IMG/VR virus record: IMGVR_UViG_3300035670_000014
Span: 32,001 to 96,000 of that record
DNA: 64,000 nt
Direction: 5' to 3' (one strand)
Origin: a virus
Shown: piece after piece, positions 30,057-39,860 of the stretch
Layout: the number at the start of each line of letters is the position of its first letter
Numbering within the stretch: the stretch's first letter is position 1
Position numbers and translations under genes: made by a program
Notes under the pieces: generated by a model
Seen by the model: only the letters and a program-made list of their open reading frames with translations
Database searches by the model: none
Told to the model about the DNA's origin: nothing

Positions 30057-30998
30057 TTACAGTCTTGTATGGAATCCTAAACCTGCTCCATAGGACCCAG
30101 GGCCAGTCCATTGGACGAATGGAGAAATCCACAAGTCTGAAATAAAAGGAATTGGATTACCCAGGTTATAAGAGAAAGGCATAAGGTTAAAATTAAATTT
30201 ACCTATAGAGTTAAAGCCTAAACTCATATCAAGGAAAGACCACTCATCTTCTCCAGATTGATCTCTAAGATACATATAACCCACTCCCAAAGAGGCCTGA
30301 GGCACCATTCTAGGGTCTCTAAATGGAACCCCTAGCCCTACCCCTAAAGTAAGATTAGGACGCATATGAAAGCGTTCTAGAGGCTTAGAATCTTGTGTGT
30401 TATAGCTTGTATCTATCCTGAAAGAAGGATCAACAACTGTTGTCGAGTGGACTGGCAAGACATAAGGATTGCCGTTTGAAAGCAAAGTTAATCTTGTCAC
30501 AGTAGTAAGAGATCTCTCATCAGTTTGAACTATAGAAGTATCAACATTTATATCTAGATCATAAGAAGTAGTAGTCAGGTTACCTAGCTCTGTCAAAGCG
30601 ACAGAGCCAACTGGAACCTGGACTTCATCAAAGTCTACAATTAATTCCTGTTGCACAGGAGTAACTGTTTGACCTGGCTCAGTCACTACAATTACCTCAG
30701 TCCTTCTACCTGAAGAAGAGGCAACTGTAGTTGACTGGCCTATGAGTTCATAGTTAAGCCTTGATAGTTCTTCCTGGAGAACTCTAAGCTCTTCCTCTAG
30801 AAGGATGTAATCTTCCATATCTATATAGGCTGTATCTGCCATATGGAATCCGGGAGAGATCTCTCGTCCTTCTATGGGCGCAGGATCTTTAAGTGGCTCC
30901 TTCTTATTGCAGTTCTTAACCAGAAGAATCAAGCAAGTAATGATAAGCGCAAGATTAAAAATCTTGTAAGTCCAGTAAAGAATTTTATCCAGAATCAT
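30057..30998 (-). CDS. Membrane-anchored coiled-coil protein with C-terminal amphipathic beta-strands
   Basis: SD GAGGA and ATGA overlap with the primase stop. N-terminal TM, coiled coil, then alternating-hydrophobic strands ending YGAGLGFHTRL. Confidence 0.65.
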   Translation of the reverse strand: MILDKILYWTYKIFNLALIITCLILLVKNCNKKEPLKDPAPIEGREISPGFHMADTAYIDMEDYILLEEELRVLQEELSRLNYELIGQSTTVASSSGRRTEVIVVTEPGQTVTPVQQELIVDFDEVQVPVGSVALTELGNLTTTSYDLDINVDTSIVQTDERSLTTVTRLTLLSNGNPYVLPVHSTTVVDPSFRIDTSYNTQDSKPLERFHMRPNLTLGVGLGVPFRDPRMVPQASLGVGYMYLRDQSGEDEWSFLDMSLGFNSIGKFNFNLMPFSYNLGNPIPFISDLWISPFVQWTGPGSYGAGLGFHTRL

Positions 30999-33532
30999 AA
31001 TTCCTCTTCTAAACCCCATTCATCAGAATCAGTTGATTCTACTTTGGAGCCAGATTCATTTGCTTGAGCAAGCTTAACTGCCTCAGCAATTGGTATGTGT
31101 ATAAAATTAGAAGCATAAGGATGGAACTTAAAGAACTCAGTTCCCTTGTTACCGTCAATCTTATTCTTGCCAACTATGGCTTCTACAATGGGAAGTTTAG
31201 TTGGGTGAAAGTCCCAGGGATGTTTTACTTCATGAAACCATGGAGACTCCCTGGGGTCCTTATGCAAGTCATTATAAAGGTGGATGATAGCATCGGCATC
31301 ATACTTGAATGCTCTAGCTTCTGCCAGTGACTCGTTAGTCGGCCTACCAGACTTTGTTTTCTTATCAGTTGACGTGTTGTATTCTAATGTACAACCAACT
31401 GATATATCAAACTCGTTAGTCATCTGCTTCAGCTTGTTAGAAACTGAAGTATAGAAAAGCCGGGGCTCGCCCTTAACGGGGAGCTTGTGAGCATTATCTA
31501 TGTGCATGTATATGTTATCATTGGGATATTGGCGTCTCATTCTGATTGCTGCCCGCCTGAAATCCTCAAGATCATAAACATAAGGTATGCCTAGAATCAT
31601 AAATCTTTCTTCGCGTGCGTACCAGTAGGCAAGCTCATAGCCCATCTTAAGAGCATTAAACATATCATCTTTCATGCCATCGGGTAAAACGTTGGCCCAG
31701 TAATTAGGCCTTGTAACCCAATTAAGATGCATAGGAAAACCACCTAGATGTTTATACTTAGGCCAATCCCTGGTAGCCCACTTTGAAAAGATGGCAACTT
31801 GCTTGGTAAACAATGTTTGGACGGAGTCATCTATAGTCATATAGATAACTCTACAGTTATTAGTTTCACTTAGGCAAAGATTGCTGCCCATCCATATACC
31901 GAAGCTAGACTTACCTGCATTCTCTGAACCGCCTATTGCAAGCATCTTGCCCTTGGACCAATCATTAGAGAATACTTTCTGAAAGTCAGGAGCCATAGGA
32001 AATTCATAGCCAGGAAACTCTTCGCCTCGGCTGTCAAATTCTTCCTTGAAAGAAGAAAGTAAGCCAGAGTAAAACTCACCAGATAGGTAATCCGAGTTGA
32101 CTTCGGCATCAAGAGCCATGATCTTAACCTTAGCTTCATCAAGAATAGATGCAGCTTCAGCTGGTGATTTCATAGCAGCGTAAGCTGCTTCTTCTACTGC
32201 TTCCTTTATCCTGGATGCTTTGCTTATCTCTGTCTTATTGACTATAGCATTAACTTCTTCTAAGAGTGTCAGGGTAGAGAAGTCAGTTAGGAATGCAACC
32301 TCTTTAACTAGCGATTCTCTCTGAATCGCAGTAGGGAAGGTAGCAATAACCTGAACAGCTTTCTCTGCAAGCTCCTCTAGTGAAGCACAGTTATCTTTAT
32401 AGTAATCTAGAAGATAGGTAAAAGCAGTAGGGCGGGGAAGTGAAGTAAACTCCCTTACTCCATTCTTCTGGATAAATGAATCAGGATCTTCTCCATTGCC
32501 TATGCTAAGAACAAACTTCTTAGCAGGACCTAGAGAAGAAAGGTGAAGCTGAAGAAGCTTTACTGTAGCTTCCTGACCTGCATTGTCGCCATCTAAGGCA
32601 AAGACAATGTTAGCAGGAGCAAGCTTCCTAATAAGCCTTGCATGTTCATCTGTAAAAGATGAAGAGCAAATAGCTGCCGCAGCAAAGCCGCACTGATGTA
32701 GTGTAAGTGCGTCACCTTGACCTTCTACTATATATAAGGTATCAACTTTGCCTTTCTTAATCAAAGTAGAAGCATTGTTGAAATTATACAGGTAGTTATT
32801 CTTAAGGAAATAAGGTGAATCTAGTAGCTTTGAACCATTCCATTTTGGGTTATCTTTATCAACTGTACCCATGTACCTTGAAGTATAACCAACAGTATTA
32901 CCAAGAGTATCCTTAAATGGAAAGACCAAAGAGTTAGCATTTATGAATCTATCACTAAGACCAAAAGACCTAAGTGCTGATTCACTGTAGCCAATACCTT
33001 CCATTGCCTTAACAAAGTTAGGCCATGAATAGTAACCTAGACCAAAAGATTCTATAGCTTCAGCTGCATCCCAGCCTCTGGAGTCAATAAAGCTTGATAG
33101 AGTTGCATTGCTACCTTGCAGCTCAATCTCAAGATTTCTTGAGAGTATGCCATCTACTACAGAGTAGAACTGCAAATAAGATTGCTTCTTAATATCCTCT
33201 GCAGTCAAAGAAGCAAAGTTAACAGGTATGTCAAGTTCCTTTGCTGCATACTCCATAGTATGAACAAAGTCCTGACCAGTTAATCCAAATCCATTAAATA
33301 GTGCACAAGCTGAAATAGTGTCATGCTTAGCACCACAACCATAACAAACAGCATAAAAATTCTCGGGATCTTTAGTATGAGCCCTAACCTTCATAGAAGG
33401 AGAGCTATCATTATGAGCAGGATTAATACACCTAATAAACCCCTGAGAGTTTGGCTTCATGCCATATAGCTCAAGGTAATCAGGCAGTCTTGCCTTTAAT
33501 GCTTTTGATAATTCATAAAGAGAAGTAATCAA
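30995..33532 (-). CDS. DnaG-type primase / DnaB-like SF4 helicase fusion
   Basis: CHC2 finger (C..PAH...CYGC); TOPRIM IVEGQGD and LDGDNAG, EDPD; Walker A GSENAGKS; YDAD..IHLY; IVGKNK. TTG start with AAGGAG. Confidence 0.92.
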   Translation of the reverse strand: MITSLYELSKALKARLPDYLELYGMKPNSQGFIRCINPAHNDSSPSMKVRAHTKDPENFYAVCYGCGAKHDTISACALFNGFGLTGQDFVHTMEYAAKELDIPVNFASLTAEDIKKQSYLQFYSVVDGILSRNLEIELQGSNATLSSFIDSRGWDAAEAIESFGLGYYSWPNFVKAMEGIGYSESALRSFGLSDRFINANSLVFPFKDTLGNTVGYTSRYMGTVDKDNPKWNGSKLLDSPYFLKNNYLYNFNNASTLIKKGKVDTLYIVEGQGDALTLHQCGFAAAAICSSSFTDEHARLIRKLAPANIVFALDGDNAGQEATVKLLQLHLSSLGPAKKFVLSIGNGEDPDSFIQKNGVREFTSLPRPTAFTYLLDYYKDNCASLEELAEKAVQVIATFPTAIQRESLVKEVAFLTDFSTLTLLEEVNAIVNKTEISKASRIKEAVEEAAYAAMKSPAEAASILDEAKVKIMALDAEVNSDYLSGEFYSGLLSSFKEEFDSRGEEFPGYEFPMAPDFQKVFSNDWSKGKMLAIGGSENAGKSSFGIWMGSNLCLSETNNCRVIYMTIDDSVQTLFTKQVAIFSKWATRDWPKYKHLGGFPMHLNWVTRPNYWANVLPDGMKDDMFNALKMGYELAYWYAREERFMILGIPYVYDLEDFRRAAIRMRRQYPNDNIYMHIDNAHKLPVKGEPRLFYTSVSNKLKQMTNEFDISVGCTLEYNTSTDKKTKSGRPTNESLAEARAFKYDADAIIHLYNDLHKDPRESPWFHEVKHPWDFHPTKLPIVEAIVGKNKIDGNKGTEFFKFHPYASNFIHIPIAEAVKLAQANESGSKVESTDSDEWGLEEEL

Positions 33533-33553
33533 GGCTCTCCTTCGAGGTTTAAG

Positions 33554-34549
33554 TTAGTCGTTTTTTATAGAGTTAGATAGAAGCTGCCTCAATGCACCTT
33601 GTATCGTTTCTCTTGGCTTTGTCACTATGAAGCCGGCTTTATAAAGTAAAGCTTGAAGCTGGGCATAGTGGCAGGGCGGATTGTCTCCAAGCCCTAGCCT
33701 GTGTACTAGGGTTATTCTATTTATAGGATCTAAAGAATACAAAGCTTCGTTCATAGAAACAATTAAAGTTTCAAAGTCAAGTGTATCCCTAAGATACTCT
33801 ATCTTACCAAAAGAGTCTTCATCAAAGTAATCTTCAGATTCAGACTCTGATTCAGATGACTCGTCTTCTGAGTATGAATCAGAGATATGATTCAAAGGGT
33901 TAAAAGAAAGAATGTAGTTGAGTAAAGCTTCAGCTTTCTTATCACTGAAGCCAAACTCTTCAACAACGTATGATATTGCATCATTGTTTATGGGTATATC
34001 ATTCTTCTTAACAAAAGCAAGGACCTTGCTTACGTCAGTAAGTACATGAACTGGGAGTCTGATTACTCTGTTCTTGTTGCTTATAGCCCTTGTAATTGCC
34101 TGTCTAATCCACCAGGTGGCATAGGTGGCTAGCTTCACACCCTCATCAAGATCAAAGCGCTCTATGGCCCTTATAAAGCCTATAACGCCCTCTTGAAAGA
34201 CATCATCAAATGGAAGACCGTTGTTTTGATAATACTTGGCATTCTTTATAACAAGCTTAAGGTTATGCTCTACAAGTTTATTCCTAAAGGAATTTGCTTT
34301 CTTAAGCATGTCGCTGTTATCTAGAATGTAATCTATTTCTGCAAGATCATCCATGTAGAAAAGATTTTCTATTGCAGATTCATTCAGTAGTATCTGCTCT
34401 TCAATTCTCTTCTTCTCTTTTAGTAACTGTGCCCTGGTGTTATAAGCACACTTAAATACAGTTAAGTAGTGAGCTTCCTGTTCCTTTGTAAGTCGAGGAT
34501 GCTTGTTAATAAAAGAAGATATAAAGTTTAAGGTTGTTTGTTCTGACAT
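33554..34549 (-). CDS. Sigma70-family RNA polymerase sigma factor (RpoD-like region 2)
   Basis: NLKLV..AK.Y..NGL.F.D..QEG.IG..RA.ERFD...G.KLATYATWWIRQAITRAI...R.IRLPVH. Confidence 0.93.
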   Translation of the reverse strand: MSEQTTLNFISSFINKHPRLTKEQEAHYLTVFKCAYNTRAQLLKEKKRIEEQILLNESAIENLFYMDDLAEIDYILDNSDMLKKANSFRNKLVEHNLKLVIKNAKYYQNNGLPFDDVFQEGVIGFIRAIERFDLDEGVKLATYATWWIRQAITRAISNKNRVIRLPVHVLTDVSKVLAFVKKNDIPINNDAISYVVEEFGFSDKKAEALLNYILSFNPLNHISDSYSEDESSESESESEDYFDEDSFGKIEYLRDTLDFETLIVSMNEALYSLDPINRITLVHRLGLGDNPPCHYAQLQALLYKAGFIVTKPRETIQGALRQLLSNSIKND

Positions 34550-34551
34550 GG

Positions 34552-35667
34552 TTACTCCTCTGTAGTCTCTTCGACTTCAGATACATCTTGATAAATTATT
34601 TCTCCTTGAACTTTACCATCAGGATATTCAATTGGAGTCTTCTTTGCATCAGCAGAGTAACACATATTAGAAAAGGGGCAATATCTACATTGCCAATCAC
34701 CTATCTTTATTTGAGAGAATTTATCTTTTGATGCTTTTTCTGAGTCAGTCTTATTAAGACTTCCAGATTCATAAAGTTCCTTGATCTTCTCTTCACTGTA
34801 GAAGAAGTCGTAATCCCTGGGAGGGATTAGATCAAGGTGAATAAACTTATGAGCAGACATGTATCTTCTTAAGATGTCTTCTGCGTAGAGTGTATACTTG
34901 TAAGGTTTCTTATTTACATAAACTCTATGCTGAACTCTACCAAGAGAAACACTGACCTCAGGTATAAGGTCAATATCGAACTCTACGCGACTACCATTCT
35001 CTCTAGAGAGATAAACTAACTTGAAGTAAGCCATCTCTTGCTGAAGTACACAAAAGAAATAAGCATAAAGAACAGTCTGAAGTAAGTTATCTTCTTTAGG
35101 CTCAGGTGGGACGTATATACCGCCCTTCTTTCTATGACCAAATACTTGCTTCATACCTTTGAAGCCGGTAATAGATTTAATTTCTACACCAACTTTAACA
35201 CCTGACTCAGGTGATTGGTAGGTTACAAGGTCAACTTCTCCTGAGATCAAGGCATCAGGTAGATTCTGATGAAGGGTGGGAATATACCATCTGAACTTTC
35301 TGGAGTTCTCGCTATAGACCATAGCTCTTTTAGCTTCGTCAGTTATTGCGTTTTCTGTATAACTAGAAATCTTAAACTTCCAAAGCTCTTGAGGAGTAAA
35401 CTCTTGCTTGTCAATGACGAGGTTCTGCTTCGTGGCAAACTCATTGTTTATCATTTGCCTTTGAAGTTTGTTTCTGAACCATGTCTTTCTTAAACAAGCC
35501 CCCAAAGAAACATAACCTCCATCTTCACCTATAGCTAAAGCAGAAGCTTCGCTAGGGTGTAGACTGACTTCAGTTGATGTCCTTGGGGGCTGTTCAAGTA
35601 TTGACTTATCTAGAGTCTCCCAGAAGTTAAAAGGATAGACTTCTGATAGAAACTTAGATTCAGTCAT
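34552..35667 (-). CDS. Cas4-like Fe-S PD-(D/E)xK exonuclease
   Basis: HPSEAS...CLRK.W, SGEVD...VEIKS, Q..LY, WQCRYCPFSNMC. Confidence 0.8.
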   Translation of the reverse strand: MTESKFLSEVYPFNFWETLDKSILEQPPRTSTEVSLHPSEASALAIGEDGGYVSLGACLRKTWFRNKLQRQMINNEFATKQNLVIDKQEFTPQELWKFKISSYTENAITDEAKRAMVYSENSRKFRWYIPTLHQNLPDALISGEVDLVTYQSPESGVKVGVEIKSITGFKGMKQVFGHRKKGGIYVPPEPKEDNLLQTVLYAYFFCVLQQEMAYFKLVYLSRENGSRVEFDIDLIPEVSVSLGRVQHRVYVNKKPYKYTLYAEDILRRYMSAHKFIHLDLIPPRDYDFFYSEEKIKELYESGSLNKTDSEKASKDKFSQIKIGDWQCRYCPFSNMCYSADAKKTPIEYPDGKVQGEIIYQDVSEVEETTEE

Positions 35668-35670
35668 GTA

Positions 35671-36096
35671 TTATTCTCCAGGTGCTTCCGTTGCTTCTTG
35701 AGAAGCTGAGGGAAGATTAAGGGATAGCTGGTCTGTAGTAGTCATGGTAGGAGTAGCTGCTTTTAGTTTCTCAGCAACTTCCTGTACAACTTCATTAAGT
35801 TTAGCTTGAGCTTCGTCTCTCGACTTAGTAGCCCTCTCAAAGATTTCCTTGAACTGATCAAAGTTAAACTCTCCAGGAGAAACAATCTTCTCAAGAGTTA
35901 GCATGACTGCATCACAGAAAGCAGTGTAGTCAATGATTAGGTTCTCAAGAGAAACCTTTACGAGAAAGTTTGCAATAGCCATCTGATCAAGATTACCTAG
36001 GATCAACTTATCGCGATTGTTAAGTTCAGATACAGAGGTATTAAGAGAATCAAGTTCAGATTGGCACTGGCAGCACTGTTCGTTATTAGTAGACAT
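35671..36096 (-). CDS. Hypothetical helical protein
   Basis: 141-aa ORF in operon. Confidence 0.6.
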   Translation of the reverse strand: MSTNNEQCCQCQSELDSLNTSVSELNNRDKLILGNLDQMAIANFLVKVSLENLIIDYTAFCDAVMLTLEKIVSPGEFNFDQFKEIFERATKSRDEAQAKLNEVVQEVAEKLKAATPTMTTTDQLSLNLPSASQEATEAPGE

Positions 36097-36102
36097 GTAA
36101 AC

Positions 36103-37425
36103 TCACTCAAATATGTTAATTGTTTTTATGTAATTAAAGTTGCTAATATCAGGACGGATATTACCATCTTTATCTTGGTAAATAACTGCATAGCCAACTA
36201 TAGAAGGTCTCCTTCTAAACTCAGCTTGCTTAAGGTAGCCTTGGGTCAAACATAGTGCACCTTGCTCTATGAGCAGTTTATTCTGCTCTATAAGCTTAGC
36301 TTGCTTATGTGTATGCCCCATTACGATAGAGTCAAATGAATTCCATGGCAATTGGCCTCTTAAATATTCCATGCCTCTTGTTACAGTAGCACCAGGCTGT
36401 GCAAGGTATGTATCAGGATGCATGAATATAGTCTTACCTACCTTGCCTAGCCAAGGTAAGCCTAGTTCGTTGTAGTAAACATTGGTGAAGTTGTAAGACC
36501 TACCAGTAAAACCGTTCTCATCTAGAATGAGGCCTTTAGATAGTTTATCAACAATATCGCGATTTCCAAGTATTGCTGAATAAGGGTCAAGCTTTTGGCT
36601 GAGATATCTATCAACTCTATTTTCATGATTACCCTTTACTAAGTGAACTTCGTCAAATCTGGAAGCCATTTCCTTAATGAAATTCAAGGCAAGCTGATAT
36701 TCTGACTGAAGAGGTATGCCCTTATCTTTTGAATAAGAAGATACTGAGTAACAGTCAAGTATGTCTCCGTTAAGAACAAGTATGTCTGCATTACCATCAT
36801 GCTCAAGTGCCATCTCTATTGCTTCAGTGTCATGGAAAGGCATGTGTAAGTCAGACAGGCTTAGTATTTTTCTTGTAGCCGGATTAGTAGAGAAGTAAAC
36901 TATCCCTGGTTTAGTTTTAGATAAGTACTCATTTCTTGCTGACATGTACTGCTCTGTAGCAGCAGCAGCCAAGTCAACCTTCGCTGCCTTTGCCGGCTTA
37001 ATCTCAACAGGAGCACAAGCTTCCTGGGTAGCTTCAGCTGTAGCAGAAGCTGCAACAGAGGCATCGCTAGACGAAGAGCTTCTAAGGGCATTTGACCTAA
37101 GGTTACAAGCTACATACCCAGGGGTTACAATCGGAAGATTGTCCATGTTAATTTCAGGAAAGTCCTGAGACTTAAAATGATGCCAAAGATTTGAGTAAAT
37201 AGAATTAATCAAACCAGCAGTAGGCCTGAATAGAAACTTAATATTAAAAGCATTAACTTCCATGACATGCATGTCAGAGTTCCTAATGCCTTGCTTGGGA
37301 TGTATATTGCAAATTGTATTTACCTTCTTTGCAGTATAGAAACCAAGTGAGCCATAGTATTCAAGTAAGCTTTCTCTTGTTTTAAATTCAGAAGGTTTTT
37401 TTAAGTTTAGTTTATTATTCGACAT
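36103..37425 (-). CDS. Calcineurin-like metallophosphoesterase with an N-terminal extension
   Basis: SDLH, NGDILD, GNHE, MHP, MGHTH motifs. Confidence 0.88.
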   Translation of the reverse strand: MSNNKLNLKKPSEFKTRESLLEYYGSLGFYTAKKVNTICNIHPKQGIRNSDMHVMEVNAFNIKFLFRPTAGLINSIYSNLWHHFKSQDFPEINMDNLPIVTPGYVACNLRSNALRSSSSSDASVAASATAEATQEACAPVEIKPAKAAKVDLAAAATEQYMSARNEYLSKTKPGIVYFSTNPATRKILSLSDLHMPFHDTEAIEMALEHDGNADILVLNGDILDCYSVSSYSKDKGIPLQSEYQLALNFIKEMASRFDEVHLVKGNHENRVDRYLSQKLDPYSAILGNRDIVDKLSKGLILDENGFTGRSYNFTNVYYNELGLPWLGKVGKTIFMHPDTYLAQPGATVTRGMEYLRGQLPWNSFDSIVMGHTHKQAKLIEQNKLLIEQGALCLTQGYLKQAEFRRRPSIVGYAVIYQDKDGNIRPDISNFNYIKTINIFE

Positions 37426-37427
37426 GT

Positions 37428-39860
37428 TTACCCATTGATAAATTTAATAACGCCGTTCTGTTTAAGTCTAAGAACTGCGGATCTTTCATCTACGCTGTAT
37501 TTAAAGTAGATAATAGACCCTACTTTAATCTTATCTTTATACTCCTCAACTGCATTTGGAAAGAGTGTTAGCTCAGCAACACCCGTCTTGTCCTCAACAG
37601 TGCAAGCATAAAGAGACTTGCCCTTCATCTTGCCTCTTTTTATCTGAATGTCCTCTATTCTGGTGATTACAACTAAACACCTACCAGACTGAGAGACCTG
37701 AGGTACGAGGTTATTAATGTAATCAAGTTCTATAGTAGGCGGTATTTTAATAAAGTCAATAGGGTGAGCTGAAATATATAAACCACAGTACTCACCTTCC
37801 CAGTCTACCATCTGCTTTGTGATTGATCTCTTTTCATAAACAGGAAGTTCAGGAAAAGAAGGCTCTTCTTTTGGCTTAGGAATTATAGGCTTCTTCGGCT
37901 TAGGCTCTGTATATATTTGCTTAGTACCATTCTCATCTATGACGGGAGTGGCAAGTCTGGTTATTACTTTAGTCTTGTAAAGATATTCCCAGTTAGCAAC
38001 TTCTATAGACCATTGCTCTAGTTCTTTATTCTTTAATTTTATATTAGCCTGATTCTCAAGATAAGAATCATACTGATTAAAGTAATCTAGAAGCAAAGGA
38101 AGTGAATCAACAAGGTCTTCTCTCTTGTGACCAAAAGCATCCAGTGCGCCTACTTTAGCAAGGATCGCCAAAGAGCCAGAGTTAACCTTTGATCTGTTGA
38201 TATTAGATAGCCAGTCCTTGAGAGTCTTAGCCTTGTGTACATTGCCGGCGATTAGATAGTTCGCCACAGATTTACCTATACCTTTTAGAATATCAATGCC
38301 AAATCTTATCTTGTTAGCTCCAACCTTGGCAAAGCCAATGTGAGGAGTAGTAACAGAAGGAGGAAGCATTTCTATTCCCATCGCTCTACACTCGTCTATA
38401 TAGGACTTAAGTTTATCTGGCTTATTAGACCTGAGACTCATAAGCTCAATCATAAACTCTACTGTAGAGTAAGCCTTTAGATAGGCGCAAGAGTAAGCTA
38501 TCAATGCATAAGCATAAGCATGTGGCTTGTTAAAGCCATAGCCTGAAAACTTATCAATGTATTCCCATACATAGCTTGCTTCACTCTCTGTAATCTTAGA
38601 GTTCTGAATGCAACCTTGAATAAACCTATCCTTCCACGACTGCATCTCTACTGGGTCCTTCTTACCCATTGCTCTTCTTACATTGTCAGAAGTCTCTTCA
38701 GAGAAGCCAGCAAGAACAGAAAGTGCAGCCATGCACTGTTCCTGGTAAACAAGAACACCGCCTGTCTCGGCTAGGACTGAATCAAGAAGTGGGTGAATCT
38801 TATTCTGAAGTAAGCCTGTTTTCTTGTACTCAATCCAGTCGTCAGTAAGACCATTGTCTTTAGGACCCGGTCTGATTAGTGCGCTAATAGCAGCTAAGTC
38901 TGCAACAGTAGTAGGCTGAACCTCGCTAATAACCTGGAATACATGGGACTCTTCCATCTGGAAAATGCCAGAAACAAATCCCTGGTTTATTAGCGTGAAA
39001 GCTTTAGGATCGTCAAGAGGAACCTCTTCCTGAATCCAGTCAACTGTTTTTCCGATTGCTGCTGTTGTATTCTTGAGTAGATCAAGGTTGTCAATAACAA
39101 GAATGTCAAACTTAATAAGGTTGCAATTCTTCTCAAGAGCGCCAGCTTCCCACTGAGATAAGTAGTACCAATTACCTTGATCATCTTTCTCTCCTTTAAC
39201 CTTACGTAAAGGGATATAGCTGTCCAAATAATCAGAGCCAATAATCACAGCAGAAGCATGCTGAGATTGATTCATAGGTTGCTTGTCCATTGTAGCAACA
39301 CATGAAAATACTTCTTTGTGCTGTTCTATAATCTCAGCGTAAACAGGATCATCCTTAAGGTCAATCCAGGTAGTTGCCTTACCACGATAGCTATCAGGCA
39401 GGCTGTCAGCCAAGGCGCGACCTTCTTCAAAAGTTCCACCTAGTGCTTTTGTAAAGTCAACTGTAGAACTCTTAACAGAATAAGGAGTATAAGTAGTAGG
39501 TCTAATAACACAAAGTTCACCATATTTATTCTGTAATTCTTTTATAATTACATCTTTCCCTGATGGAGAAAAGTCTGTATCTATATCTGGTCCTGCGCCA
39601 GTTACAGTAGAAGAACACCTCTTAGACTTGTCATAGTTATCACTATCAGAAAACAAGTAGAGCAATATGGAGTTACTTTTATTCTCAAGCTTCTTATTGA
39701 TATACTTCTTATCTATTACAATGCGAGTAAAGTCTTCATCGGTGATATACTTTAACTCGAATAGCAAATACCTGAAAGGTACATTCAATGTATACTTTAG
39801 ATAATCTAGCTTCTCATTAGCTTCCCTATTAACAATCTCTAGTTTAGTTTTTAAGTCCAA
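37428..39860 (-). CDS. dnaE: DNA polymerase III alpha, C-terminal part (catalytic palm, fingers, HhH, OB)
   Basis: PDIDTDF, HASAVII, LIKFDIL, GIFQME, ALIRPGP, ETGGVLVYQEQ, GYGFNKPHA, IRFG..LKGIG, E....G.YISAHP. Likely TTG start at 39860 with GGAGA SD. Confidence 0.92.
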   Translation of the reverse strand: MDLKTKLEIVNREANEKLDYLKYTLNVPFRYLLFELKYITDEDFTRIVIDKKYINKKLENKSNSILLYLFSDSDNYDKSKRCSSTVTGAGPDIDTDFSPSGKDVIIKELQNKYGELCVIRPTTYTPYSVKSSTVDFTKALGGTFEEGRALADSLPDSYRGKATTWIDLKDDPVYAEIIEQHKEVFSCVATMDKQPMNQSQHASAVIIGSDYLDSYIPLRKVKGEKDDQGNWYYLSQWEAGALEKNCNLIKFDILVIDNLDLLKNTTAAIGKTVDWIQEEVPLDDPKAFTLINQGFVSGIFQMEESHVFQVISEVQPTTVADLAAISALIRPGPKDNGLTDDWIEYKKTGLLQNKIHPLLDSVLAETGGVLVYQEQCMAALSVLAGFSEETSDNVRRAMGKKDPVEMQSWKDRFIQGCIQNSKITESEASYVWEYIDKFSGYGFNKPHAYAYALIAYSCAYLKAYSTVEFMIELMSLRSNKPDKLKSYIDECRAMGIEMLPPSVTTPHIGFAKVGANKIRFGIDILKGIGKSVANYLIAGNVHKAKTLKDWLSNINRSKVNSGSLAILAKVGALDAFGHKREDLVDSLPLLLDYFNQYDSYLENQANIKLKNKELEQWSIEVANWEYLYKTKVITRLATPVIDENGTKQIYTEPKPKKPIIPKPKEEPSFPELPVYEKRSITKQMVDWEGEYCGLYISAHPIDFIKIPPTIELDYINNLVPQVSQSGRCLVVITRIEDIQIKRGKMKGKSLYACTVEDKTGVAELTLFPNAVEEYKDKIKVGSIIYFKYSVDERSAVLRLKQNGVIKFING

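Noticed and set aside
34552-35667. CRISPR-Cas system suggested by Cas4-like genes
   Set aside because: No repeat-spacer array or other cas genes seen; solo Cas4-like nucleases are common in phages.
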